From assembly GCA_965203565.1 (NCBI GenBank), contig OZ241896.1, positions 1,685,728 through 1,749,727 on the forward strand: a stretch of 64,000 bases of DNA, given 5' to 3'. The notes under the pieces were generated by a model. The model did no database searches. It was given only the letters and a program-made list of their open reading frames with translations, and was not told where the DNA came from. The position numbers and the translations under genes were made by a program. The DNA comes from Vicinamibacterales bacterium (GTDB lineage: Bacteria > Acidobacteriota > Vicinamibacteria > Vicinamibacterales > UBA8438). This document shows, one piece after another, positions 9,873 to 19,088 of the stretch. Positions within the stretch are counted from its first letter, which is position 1, and every line of letters starts with the position of its first letter.

Positions 9873-10895
9873 ATGCTGGCGGAGCTGGTCGTGGCGGCGG
9901 CGGTGCTGGCGTTGCTCCTCGGGTCGGTGTTCAGCCTCGTGGATCCGGCGCAGGGCGCACTGGCGATCCAGCCGCACGCGGCGGAGACGCACCAGCGGAT
10001 GCGGGCGGCGTTCGTACGGCTGCACACCGACCTCGTGATGGCCGGGAGCGGGCCGCATCCGACCCTCGACGTCTCCGTCGCACGCTTGCGGGCGCCGGTG
10101 CTCCCGGCGCTGGTCGGCCACCGCCATCCGCCGGCGGCCGGGACCACCTTCAGACGCGACGCCGTCACTATCCTGTACGCCCCGCCGCGGAGTCCCGCCG
10201 CGCCGCTGGCGTCTCCGCTTGCCGGAGCGGCGGTGCGGCTTGCGCCCGGCGATGCGCGCTGCGGCGCCGGCGTGACGACGTGTGCGTTCGAGAGGGGCGG
10301 CATGGCCCTGGTCTTCGACGCCGGCGGCCGGTCCGACGTCGTGCGCGTCACCGAAGTGCTCGACGACGCGCTGCAGGTCCGCGCAGTCGCCGGCGGCCCG
10401 GCGCAGCCGTTCGCGGCGGGCGCGTCGATAACGCCGCTCACCGTGCGCAGCTACTACCACGATGCGGAGTCCTCGCAACTCCGCATGCAGGACGGGTGGA
10501 CGCTGGACGCCCCGGTGCTCGACAACGTCGTCGGACTGTCGCTGCGCTACTTCGGCGCCCGGCTGCCGCCGGCGGCGCCCGGCGCGCCCGTCGCCCCATG
10601 CCTGCGCGCCCCGCCGGGGGCGGGATCGGGGGAGCCGATCGGCCCGGACGCCGAAATCGAGCCTTCCGCGCTGCTGGACGGGCCGCGCTGCGGCGGGCGG
10701 CTGCCCTACGACGTCGATCTGTTTCGCGTACGGCGGGTCCGGGTGGAGATCCGTCTCCAGGTCTCCGCCGAGCGGTTCCGGGGCCGCGACCCGTCCCTGT
10801 TCGTCCGGCCCGGTTCGGCGCGCGGCGGCGCGCGGCAACTTCCCGACCTGATCGGAGTCTTCGAGGCGGCGCCGCGGAGCGTACTCGGTCACTGA
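9873..10895 (+). CDS. type IV minor pilin (PilW-like)
   Basis: N-terminal LAELVVAAAVLALLLG, QRMRAAF..L..DL.MAG and VLDNVVGLSLRYF motifs; position in operon. Confidence 0.75.
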   Translation: MLAELVVAAAVLALLLGSVFSLVDPAQGALAIQPHAAETHQRMRAAFVRLHTDLVMAGSGPHPTLDVSVARLRAPVLPALVGHRHPPAAGTTFRRDAVTILYAPPRSPAAPLASPLAGAAVRLAPGDARCGAGVTTCAFERGGMALVFDAGGRSDVVRVTEVLDDALQVRAVAGGPAQPFAAGASITPLTVRSYYHDAESSQLRMQDGWTLDAPVLDNVVGLSLRYFGARLPPAAPGAPVAPCLRAPPGAGSGEPIGPDAEIEPSALLDGPRCGGRLPYDVDLFRVRRVRVEIRLQVSAERFRGRDPSLFVRPGSARGGARQLPDLIGVFEAAPRSVLGH

Positions 10896-10908
10896 CGTCC
10901 GGCAATCC

Positions 10909-11553
10909 GTGACGAGAATTTCGTTGCATGCGCTCGGTTCGGCGCGCGCCGCCAGCGCTCGCGGGATCGCCCTGATCGTCACCCTGATGGCGCTCATGGC
11001 GCTCGTGGGCCTCACCGGCGCGCTCGTGCCGCTGACGACGACGGAAACGGCCGTTTCCGCGAACCATCGCCGGGCCGCGCAGGCGTTCTACGCGGCCGAG
11101 GCGGCGATCGAGTGGGCGGCGCAGGAACTCGGGCAGGTCGGTTCGTGGGATGCCGTGCTGGCGGGAAGCCGGCGGTCGAGGTTGTGGGAGGGCGAAGCGA
11201 TGCTGCGGTTCGCCGACGGCGCAGTGCTCGACCTCGATCGGGCGACCACCGAGCTGAACCGGCGCGGCGCGGGCGCGGCCGGGCGGAACCTGCGGTGGCG
11301 TCTCTACGCGCGCGGATCGCTGGACGGGCTGCTGCGCCGCGATCCGTCCGCCGGGCTCCTCCGCGTCGTGGTCTGGGTCGCCGACGACCCGGCGGAAACC
11401 GACGGCGATCCGTTCCGGGACACCAACGATGCGCTGCTGGTCCACGCCGCGATCGTCGGGCCGGCCCTGGCGCAGCGCGCCGTGCAGGCGACGCTGCGGA
11501 GGACCGGTCCGGCCCGCCGGGTCACGCTGGCGTCGTGGACGCTGGTGCGCTGA
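10909..11553 (+). CDS. PilX N-terminal domain pilus assembly protein
   Basis: RG|IALIVTLMALMAL and QAFYAAEAAIEWA motifs. Confidence 0.8.
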   Translation: MTRISLHALGSARAASARGIALIVTLMALMALVGLTGALVPLTTTETAVSANHRRAAQAFYAAEAAIEWAAQELGQVGSWDAVLAGSRRSRLWEGEAMLRFADGAVLDLDRATTELNRRGAGAAGRNLRWRLYARGSLDGLLRRDPSAGLLRVVVWVADDPAETDGDPFRDTNDALLVHAAIVGPALAQRAVQATLRRTGPARRVTLASWTLVR

Positions 11554-11584
11554 ACGGCCGATGATCGGTCCGCGCCGGAGCGGA

Positions 11585-12673
11585 TCATGCCGCGTCACGA
11601 ATCCCGATCGCGCGGAGCGCGGCCCGGATCTCGGCTTCGGTGACGTCATCGACGATCACCGTTTCGCCCAATCCGGTCGGCAGCACCATGTGCAGGCGCC
11701 CGTGAAGCACCTTCTTGTCCCGGCGGATGGCGGCGCCGATCCGGGACGCCGGCAGGTCGTTCACCGGCGGCAGGGGGCCGAGCGCGGCGACGAGGCCGGC
11801 GAGCGCGGCGGCGTCGTCGCGCGGGAACAGGCCGCGCGCGGCGGCGACGTCGGCCGCCGCAAGCATCCCGTGGGCGACCGCTTCGCCGTGCCGGAACCGG
11901 CGGTACCCGCTCGCGGCTTCGATGGCGTGCCCTACCGTATGCCCGAAGTTGAGCGTGCGCCGGCGGTCCCCCTCGCGCTCGTCCGCCGAGACGATCGCCG
12001 CCTTGATCCGGCACGATTCGCGGATGACGGGGACGAGCGCCGGGATCTTGCGCTCGACGATGGCCTCGAGGTCGCGGCGCACCCGCTCGAACAGCTCGCG
12101 GCTCGCGATGACGCCGTACTTGACGACCTCGTACAGTCCGGACCGGAACTCGCGCCGGGGCAGCGTGGCGAGCAGCTCCGGGTCGGCGACGACCACGATC
12201 GGTTGGTGGAACGCTCCGATCAGGTTCTTGCCCAACGCATGGTTGACGCCGACCTTGCCGCCGATCGCGCTGTCGACCTGGGCCAGCAGGGTGGTCGGCA
12301 CGTGCGCCAGCCGCACGCCGCGCAGCAGGGTCGCCGCCGCGAAACCGGCCACGTCGCCCACCACGCCGCCCCCGACCGCCACGATCGTGGCGCCGCGGTC
12401 GGCTCCTCGTTCGATCAGCGCGCCGTAGAGCCGGTCGACGGTGCGCAGCGTCTTCGCCCGCTCGCCGTCCGGCATCAACAGCGGCTCCGCGCCCCCGAGC
12501 GTCCGTTCGATCGCCGGCCCGTGCAGCTTCCAGATCCGGGGGCTGGAGACGACGAACCGCCGGCCGGCGCCGCCCGCCTCCGACACGATCCGATCGAGGC
12601 GCCGCAAGAGGCCGCTCCCGACGTGCGCCCGGTAGGCGCGCGATGCGGTCCGTACGTCGATCCCGTCGTTCAT
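11585..12673 (-). CDS. aroB: 3-dehydroquinate synthase
   Basis: GGGVVGDVAGFAAA, PTTLLAQVDSAIGGKVGVN, LNFGHTVGHAIE, HGEAVA. Confidence 0.97.
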   Translation of the reverse strand: MNDGIDVRTASRAYRAHVGSGLLRRLDRIVSEAGGAGRRFVVSSPRIWKLHGPAIERTLGGAEPLLMPDGERAKTLRTVDRLYGALIERGADRGATIVAVGGGVVGDVAGFAAATLLRGVRLAHVPTTLLAQVDSAIGGKVGVNHALGKNLIGAFHQPIVVVADPELLATLPRREFRSGLYEVVKYGVIASRELFERVRRDLEAIVERKIPALVPVIRESCRIKAAIVSADEREGDRRRTLNFGHTVGHAIEAASGYRRFRHGEAVAHGMLAAADVAAARGLFPRDDAAALAGLVAALGPLPPVNDLPASRIGAAIRRDKKVLHGRLHMVLPTGLGETVIVDDVTEAEIRAALRAIGIRDAA

Positions 12674-12703
12674 CAGGAGCGTCGTCGCAGGAGTCGGCCT
12701 GGA

Positions 12704-12862
12704 CAGCCCGTGGCGGAGGTCCCCGCTGCATTCAAGCGGCGATGCATCCCGCCTGACGGCGTTGTTCGTCGGTTGCGTATGCCCAATATGCGCCCTCCTC
12801 ACGCCTTGTCAGGCGGGCGCCTCGCCGCTCTCGGCGCGACGCGGGGATTCCACCACGGGCTG
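12704..12862. mobile_element. palindromic MITE, full copy 1 (159 bp, intergenic)
   Basis: TIR cagcccgtggcgga...tccaccacgggctg; near-identical to 44821..44978 and 45558..45715; flanks TGGA/TGAA (degenerate 4-bp TSD). Confidence 0.9.
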
Positions 12863-12945
12863 TGAAGGGTTGCGTCCTGTAGGATAACAGCAATCGTTTC
12901 GCCGTCGGCGCGGCGCGAAGCGATGGCTGCGCGAGGACGACGTTC

Positions 12946-14535
12946 TTGGCGGACCTGGACTGCGACTTCCTGATCGTCGGCAGCGGCATCGCGGCCTTGC
13001 GGGCCGCAATAGAAGCGGCCGGGGCCGGCGAGATCCTGATGGTGACCAAGGGCGCCGCGGCGCAGGGGAGCACCGCTTTCGCGCAGGGGGGGATCGCGGC
13101 GGCGGTGGGCGAGGGCGACTCGCCGGCGCTCCACGCGGCGGACACGATAGCGGCGGGCGACGGGCTGTGCCGCGCGGAGGCCGTGCAGGCGCTGACCGAG
13201 CGCGGGCCGCGCTACGTCGGCGAACTCCTCGAGTGGGGCGCGCGGTTCGACCGGGATCCCGACGGCCGCGTCGCGCTCGCACGCGAAGGCGCGCACACGG
13301 TTCGGCGGGTGCTGCATGCGCACGATGCGACCGGGCGCGAGATCTGCCGGGCGCTCTGGAAGCGGATCGCCGGCTGCCCCGGCGTTCAGGTGATCGAGCA
13401 CGCCCTGGCGGTGGACGTCGCCGTTGGCGACGGCCGCTGCACAGGCGCCTGGTATCTCGATGCGCACGGCCGCCGCCGCACGGTGGCGGCCGCCGCGACG
13501 CTGCTGGCCACCGGGGGCGCCGGGCAGGTCTTCAGCGAGACGACCAACCCGCCGGTCGCGGCGGGCGACGGGATCGCGATGGCGTACCGCGCCGGCGCGC
13601 GCGTCGCCGATCTGGAGTTCGTGCAGTTCCATCCGACCGCGCTCGACGTCGAAGGCGCGCCCCGTTTCCTGCTCTCCGAAGCGCTCCGGGGCGAGGGAGC
13701 GGCGCTGGTCAACGACGCCGGCGAGCGGTTCATGCAGCGCGTCGATCCGGCCGGCGACCTGGCGCCGCGCGACCGGGTGGCGCGCGCCATCGTCCGCGAG
13801 GCGCAGCGTACGGGTGGGCGCGTGCACCTCACGATGAACGGGCTCGACCCCGCATTCGTCCGCGCGCGGTTCCCGATCATCACCGACGCGTGCCGGCGCG
13901 CCGGCTTCGACCTCGCGCACGATCGGATACCGGTCGGTCCGGCCGCGCACTACGTCATGGGAGGCGTCGACGTGGATCTCGACGGACGGACGTCCGTGGC
14001 CGGCCTGTACGCGGCCGGCGAGGTCGCCTGCACCGGCGTGCACGGGGCGAACCGGCTGGCCAGCAACTCACTCCTCGAAGGGCTGGTGTTCGGCGCCGCC
14101 GCCGGCGCCGCCATGCGCCGCTGGGCGGCCGACTGCGGCCGGCCGCGCGTTGCGCTCCGTGCGCCCGCCGCCGCAGGCCGGCCGGCCGCCGGTCCGCCCG
14201 GCCCGGCCGAGAGCGCCGTGCGCAAGCTGATGTGGCGGGACGTCGGCCTGTTCCGGGACGGGCCGAGGCTGGCCGAGGCGTTGAAGACGCTGGACGCATG
14301 GAGCGCCGCGCTCGAACCCGGAGGGGACGATCCGGCCGCCGTCCGGATCGCGAGCATCGTGACGGTCGGCCGGCTCGTCGCGCGAGCCGCGCTACGGCGC
14401 GAGGAAAGCCGCGGCGCCCACTGCCGGTCCGATTTCCCGGAGCGCAACGACAGGGACTGGGCGCGCCACGCAGCAGAGTCGAAAGAGAGGGTGAGGGGAG
14501 GCGATGCCGGCGAAACCGGACAAGTTCGTCACTGA
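12946..14535 (+). CDS. nadB: L-aspartate oxidase
   Basis: IVGSGIAAL, AQGGIAAA, REGAH, DLEFVQFHPT, GVHGANRLASNSLLEG, REESRGAH. Confidence 0.96.
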   Translation: MADLDCDFLIVGSGIAALRAAIEAAGAGEILMVTKGAAAQGSTAFAQGGIAAAVGEGDSPALHAADTIAAGDGLCRAEAVQALTERGPRYVGELLEWGARFDRDPDGRVALAREGAHTVRRVLHAHDATGREICRALWKRIAGCPGVQVIEHALAVDVAVGDGRCTGAWYLDAHGRRRTVAAAATLLATGGAGQVFSETTNPPVAAGDGIAMAYRAGARVADLEFVQFHPTALDVEGAPRFLLSEALRGEGAALVNDAGERFMQRVDPAGDLAPRDRVARAIVREAQRTGGRVHLTMNGLDPAFVRARFPIITDACRRAGFDLAHDRIPVGPAAHYVMGGVDVDLDGRTSVAGLYAAGEVACTGVHGANRLASNSLLEGLVFGAAAGAAMRRWAADCGRPRVALRAPAAAGRPAAGPPGPAESAVRKLMWRDVGLFRDGPRLAEALKTLDAWSAALEPGGDDPAAVRIASIVTVGRLVARAALRREESRGAHCRSDFPERNDRDWARHAAESKERVRGGDAGETGQVRH

Positions 14536-15955
14536 GATCACGCCGCGCTCGGAGGATTTCTCGCGCTGGTACACCGACGTGGTGCGCCGTGCGGAGCTCG
14601 CCGACTACTCGCCGGTCAAGGGGAGCATGGTCATCCGCCCGTACGGCTACGCGATCTGGGAGCTGATGCAGGCGGCGCTGGACGCCCGGTTCAAGGCGAC
14701 CGGACACGTCAATGCGTACTTCCCGCTGTTCATACCGGAGAGCCTGCTGCGCAAGGAGGCGGCGCACGTCGAGGGGTTCGCTCCGCAGGTGGCGTGGGTC
14801 ACCCGCGGCGGGGACGAAGACCTCGAGGAACGCCTCGTCGTGCGGCCGACCTCCGAAGCGATCATCGGGACGATGTACGCCAGGTGGATCCAGTCGTGGC
14901 GCGACCTCCCGATCCTGATCAACCAGTGGGCGAACGTCGTCCGGTGGGAGAAGGTGACCCGGTTGTTCCTGCGGACCACCGAGTTCCTGTGGCAGGAAGG
15001 CCACACCGCGCACGAGACGCGGGAGGAAGCCGAAGCCGAGGCGCTGCGCATGCTCGGCGTGTACAAGGAGTTCGCCGAACACGAGCTGGCGATGCCGGTG
15101 CTCGACGGACGGAAGACCGAGAGCGAGAAGTTCGCCGGGGCGCACGTCACGTACTCGATAGAGGCGCTGATGGGGGACGGCCGCGCCCTGCAGGCCGGCA
15201 CGTCGCACATGCTCGGCCAGAACTTCTCGAAGGTGTTCGACGTCAAGTTCCAGGCGCGCGACAAGTCGGTGCAGCACGTCTGGCAGACCTCGTGGGGAAT
15301 GACCACCCGGCTGATCGGCGGCGTGATCATGACGCACGGCGACGACAGCGGGCTGATCCTGCCGCCGCGCATCGCCCCGCACCAGGTGGTGATCGTGCCG
15401 ATCCCGCGGGGCGACTGGCGGGAGACGGTGCTGCCGCGGGCGCAGGAGATCGCCCGGGCGCTGACCGGCGCCGGCGTGCGGGTCAGGCTCGACGACCGGG
15501 AGGAGTACACGCCGGGATGGAAGTACGCCGAGTGGGAGATGCGCGGCGTGCCGCTCCGGCTGGAGATCGGCCCCCGCGACGTCGAGCGGTCGCAGGTGAT
15601 GCTCGTCCGGCGGGACACCCGCGAGAAGGCGCCGGCTCCGATGGAGGGGCTGCCGCACCGCGTGCACGAGCTGCTCGACAGGGTGCAGCGCGACCTGCTC
15701 GACCGCGCCGTCCGGTTCCGCGACGACCACACGATGCGCGCGGCCGCGCGCGACGAGTTCGTCGAAGCGTTCAGAGGGCGCCCCGGCTTCGTCGTCGCCC
15801 CCTGGTGCGGCGGAGAGGAGTGCGAGACCGGGATCAAGGCCGACTTGCAGGCGACGATCCGGAGCGTTCCGATCGAGCCGCCGCCGGCCTCCGGCCCCTG
15901 CATTCGCTGCGGGGGGCCGGGTCAGGTCGACGCGTACTTCGCCAAGTCGTACTAG
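14504..15955 (+). CDS. proS: proline--tRNA ligase (archaeal/eukaryotic type)
   Basis: DFSRWYTDVV, RPTSE, NQWANVVRWE, FLRTTEFLWQEGHT, C-terminal Zn-binding cysteines and FAKSY. Confidence 0.97.
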   Translation: MPAKPDKFVTEITPRSEDFSRWYTDVVRRAELADYSPVKGSMVIRPYGYAIWELMQAALDARFKATGHVNAYFPLFIPESLLRKEAAHVEGFAPQVAWVTRGGDEDLEERLVVRPTSEAIIGTMYARWIQSWRDLPILINQWANVVRWEKVTRLFLRTTEFLWQEGHTAHETREEAEAEALRMLGVYKEFAEHELAMPVLDGRKTESEKFAGAHVTYSIEALMGDGRALQAGTSHMLGQNFSKVFDVKFQARDKSVQHVWQTSWGMTTRLIGGVIMTHGDDSGLILPPRIAPHQVVIVPIPRGDWRETVLPRAQEIARALTGAGVRVRLDDREEYTPGWKYAEWEMRGVPLRLEIGPRDVERSQVMLVRRDTREKAPAPMEGLPHRVHELLDRVQRDLLDRAVRFRDDHTMRAAARDEFVEAFRGRPGFVVAPWCGGEECETGIKADLQATIRSVPIEPPPASGPCIRCGGPGQVDAYFAKSY

Positions 15956-15968
15956 CCGCCCGGCGGCC

Positions 15969-17615
15969 CTACCGGAGGCGCACCACCAGCGCGGCGCGGC
16001 GGTTCAGGCGGCGCGTCTCCTCGCGGGCGTTGTCGTGCGCGGGCCGCTCCTCGCCGTAACTGATCGTCCGGAGCCGGCCGGCGCCGGCGCCCTGTCCGGT
16101 CAGGTACTCCCGCACCGAGTTCGCCCGCCGCTCGCCGAGCGCCAGGTTGTACTCGGCGGTGCCGATGTTGCAGGTGTGGCCTTCGATCTCGATGTTCAGG
16201 TCGGGATCCTCCTCCAGGGCCGCAACGACTTCGTCGAGGACGCGCGCAGCCCCCGGCCGCAAGGTGTACCGGTCGAAGTCGAAGTGCACGTCCTCGAAGA
16301 TGTACTCCTTGCGCGGCGGCGGCGGAGGCGCATCGACCTGAATGGTCACCGTGCCGGACGCCGACCCGCCGCGGCCGTCGCTGACCGTCACGGTCACCGG
16401 GACCGGGCCGTCCTGTTCGGGCGCTCGCCACTGCTGCGTCGCCTGGTTGCGGGCGCCCGGCAGCTCGCCGGCCGGGGCGGTCCAGCGGTACTCGATCGGG
16501 TCGCCGTCCGGATCCTGCGCATCGGCGCGGAGCCGCGTCTCCTCTCCGAATTCCAGCCGGCACGGGTCGCAGCTTGCGCTGACGGTCGGCGGCCGGTTGG
16601 CCGGAGGCGGCGGCGCATCGGGCGGCGGCGGCAGGTAAACCTTGACGCCCGGGTGGTACCCGACCCGGAACAGCAGGCTGAGCCGGTCCTTGACGTCCGA
16701 CGCCTGGCCGCCCTCGGACCGGTTGGGATGGCGCGCCGCCCAGCCGAGGCCGCCGCCGATGGAGAGCCCCGCCGGGCTGTTCCAGCGCAGGCCGACCGTG
16801 ACGTCGAGGGGACTCCGGAGCTCGGTCTGCAGCGCCGACAGGCCGCCGTCCGGGCCGACCAGGCGACTCAGGAAGATCGAGTCGCTCAAGTACGCCTCGC
16901 CGCCGATTTCACCGAACGCCTGCAGACGGCCGCGCACGGGCGCGCCGACCCCGAACCCCCACGTGACGCCGTTGGCGACGTCGACGTCGTCCGGGTCGCT
17001 CCGGAAGGCGAAGCCGCCGAACCCGGCGATCTCGACGGCGCCTGTCGCCTTGCTGACGATCAGGTCGATTTCGCCGTCGACCTTGCCGCTCGAGACGCCC
17101 GCGTCGTCATCTCCCGTCGGGAGCTTGACGAAGCCGCGCACGGCGAGCGCCGCCGGGTTCATCCGCGCCTCGGACAGCAGGTTGAACTTCACGCCCGCCA
17201 GCACGTCGCCGAACTGGTTGCCGCTGAACGCGCTGGTCGCGAGGGGGTAGTCGTTGAGCACGCCGCCGAACCTCGGCGACGCCCCGAACAGAGGGCGTAC
17301 GTCCCGGTCGATCCGCGTCAGGACGCGGACCGACCCGAAGATCTCGGCTCGGCCGCCGACGCCGGCCGCGAACGAGCCGGCCAGGTGCCTGACGTTGCTG
17401 AATCCCTGCTCCCGGTCGAAGTTGACGAAATGCCCTCCCGCCGCGAACGCGCCGCCGTCCAGCACTTCCGCGGTCGGCACGAACCACAGGCCGGTGTCTC
17501 CGATCAGCGTCGATCCGGCGGGCCGGACGGCGTCGGCGTCCTGCGCCGCGGCCGGCGCCGCCGGCAGCGCGGCCAGCCCGGCAAGTACCCCTGCGACCAC
17601 AACGTGTCGTGTCAT
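15969..17615 (-). CDS. OmpA family protein (beta-barrel + PKD/Ig-like + OmpA peptidoglycan-binding domain)
   Basis: GDTGLWFVPTAE N-terminus; FEDVHFDFD, EGHTCNIGTAEYNLALGERRA, ISYGEERP...NRRA. Confidence 0.92.
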   Translation of the reverse strand: MTRHVVVAGVLAGLAALPAAPAAAQDADAVRPAGSTLIGDTGLWFVPTAEVLDGGAFAAGGHFVNFDREQGFSNVRHLAGSFAAGVGGRAEIFGSVRVLTRIDRDVRPLFGASPRFGGVLNDYPLATSAFSGNQFGDVLAGVKFNLLSEARMNPAALAVRGFVKLPTGDDDAGVSSGKVDGEIDLIVSKATGAVEIAGFGGFAFRSDPDDVDVANGVTWGFGVGAPVRGRLQAFGEIGGEAYLSDSIFLSRLVGPDGGLSALQTELRSPLDVTVGLRWNSPAGLSIGGGLGWAARHPNRSEGGQASDVKDRLSLLFRVGYHPGVKVYLPPPPDAPPPPANRPPTVSASCDPCRLEFGEETRLRADAQDPDGDPIEYRWTAPAGELPGARNQATQQWRAPEQDGPVPVTVTVSDGRGGSASGTVTIQVDAPPPPPRKEYIFEDVHFDFDRYTLRPGAARVLDEVVAALEEDPDLNIEIEGHTCNIGTAEYNLALGERRANSVREYLTGQGAGAGRLRTISYGEERPAHDNAREETRRLNRRAALVVRLR

Positions 17616-17701
17616 CGATCAAATCCTCGTAACAGGCGATGGTATTGCGCCGGCGCGCGCAAGTCAACGGCGACGCCCGACGCCGGCGGCCTGCGAGGGC
17701 G

Positions 17702-17734
17702 TCTCGGCGCCCCGCGGGGTTCCGCCACGGGCTG
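17702..17734 (+). repeat. partial copy (right arm) of the 158-bp MITE
   Basis: tctcggcgccccgcggggttccgccacgggctg abuts the tatC stop codon. Confidence 0.7.
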
Positions 17735-18547
17735 TCACTCCCCCCGGCGGCGGAAGACCCACGCGATGACGATGCTCAGTCCGTAGAGCGCCATCATCGG
17801 CGCCGCCATCATGGTCAGCGTCACCGGGTCGCCGGTCGGCGTCAGCACGGCGGCGAAGACGAAGATCAGCAGCACGGCGTACTGGGTGTTCCGCGCCAGG
17901 AAGCCCGGCGTCACCGCGCCGACCCGGGCAAGGAAGAAGACCAGCGTCGGCATCTGGAAAACCAGCCCGCAGGCGAGCAGCAGCTTCACGTACAGCGAGA
18001 ACGCGGGCTGGATGCGCGGGAAGAACTCCATGTAGTCGGTCGTGAACCCGGCGAAGAAGCTCCAGGCCCACGGGAACAGCAGGAAGTGCGAGAACAGCGC
18101 CCCGCCGACGAAGAAGAGCGATGCGAAGAATACGAACGGAATGGCGAACTTCTTCTCCCGGGCGTACAGGCCGGGGGCGACGAACTGCCACAACTGGTGG
18201 AGGACGACCGGAACGGCCATCACCAGGCCGGCCAGCGCCGCGATCTTGATGTAGAGGAAGAACGCTTCGGTCGGCTCCGTGTACACGAGGCGGCCGCCGT
18301 CCGGCAGGATCTGCTGGAGCGGCCGCATGATGAACTCGAAGATCCGCGCGATGAAGGCGAAGGCGACGAGGAATCCGGCCAGGAGCGCGGCGACGGAGAT
18401 GATCAGGCGTTTCCGGAGCTCGTCGAGATGCTCCAGGAACGACATCTTCCCGCCGGCCGCGTCGAGCTCGTCGGTGTCCTCGATCCGTTCGCGCTGCCCG
18501 TGCGGGTCGCCGCCGGGACCGGGAGCCGGGAACTGGGCCAGCGACAT
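17735..18547 (-). CDS. tatC: twin-arginine translocase subunit TatC
   Basis: MSFLEHLDELRKRL, FVAPGLY..EK, AAVLTPTGDP. Confidence 0.97.
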   Translation of the reverse strand: MSLAQFPAPGPGGDPHGQRERIEDTDELDAAGGKMSFLEHLDELRKRLIISVAALLAGFLVAFAFIARIFEFIMRPLQQILPDGGRLVYTEPTEAFFLYIKIAALAGLVMAVPVVLHQLWQFVAPGLYAREKKFAIPFVFFASLFFVGGALFSHFLLFPWAWSFFAGFTTDYMEFFPRIQPAFSLYVKLLLACGLVFQMPTLVFFLARVGAVTPGFLARNTQYAVLLIFVFAAVLTPTGDPVTLTMMAAPMMALYGLSIVIAWVFRRRGE

Positions 18548-18604
18548 GGGCTGAACGGCGGAGTGTGGGCGGCCGGCCGCCGGCCGCGACCGGAGGGCGG
18601 GCTG

Positions 18605-18859
18605 CTACGCGCCGGGGTTGCCGCCCTCCGGGGCCTGCGTCGCGCCGGCCGCGGCCTTGGGCGGCGGCTCGGGGGGGGGCTTGTCCTCGATCCGGATCTC
18701 CTCTTCGAGCGTGCTGCGGAGATCGTTCGACGCGCGCTTGAACTCCGTCAGGCTCCGCCCGAGGGAACGGCCGAGCTCGGGCAGCTTGCGCGGACCGAAG
18801 ACGATCAGCGCGATGACGAAGATGATTATCAGCTCGGGCATCCCGATTGAGCCGAACAT
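18605..18859 (-). CDS. tatA: twin-arginine translocase TatA/TatE subunit
   Basis: [34 protein letters not shown]. Confidence 0.95.
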   Translation of the reverse strand: MFGSIGMPELIIIFVIALIVFGPRKLPELGRSLGRSLTEFKRASNDLRSTLEEEIRIEDKPPPEPPPKAAAGATQAPEGGNPGA

Positions 18860-18931
18860 CGATGACGCTCCTTTGACTGAGGCTCTCCTGACGGCGCTCT
18901 TCGCCCGGCCGACACGCAGGCAACCTCGAAA

Positions 18932-18960
18932 AGTATAAGAGTGCGCCGGCGGGCGGTCAA
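18932..18960 (-). promoter_or_regulatory. sigma70-type promoter of tatA-tatC
   Basis: TTGACC-N17-TATACT on the minus strand. Confidence 0.7.
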
Positions 18961-19012
18961 CAGCCGGGATGCAGCGTCCGTCGAATGCAGCGGGGCTTTC
19001 CACCGCGGGCTG
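18961..19012 (-). mobile_element. 52-bp internally deleted MITE derivative with intact TCAA target duplication
   Basis: tcaa|cagccgggatgcagcgtccgtcgaatgcagcggggctttccaccgcgggctg|tcaa; matches the reverse complement of the element's left arm. Confidence 0.75.
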
Positions 19013-19088
19013 TCAAGGCGCGGCCGGCGGCGGCCGCGCCTTGACAGCCGTTGCGGGTCAGGGGCCTGTCTGATAGCATGCAGGCGTC

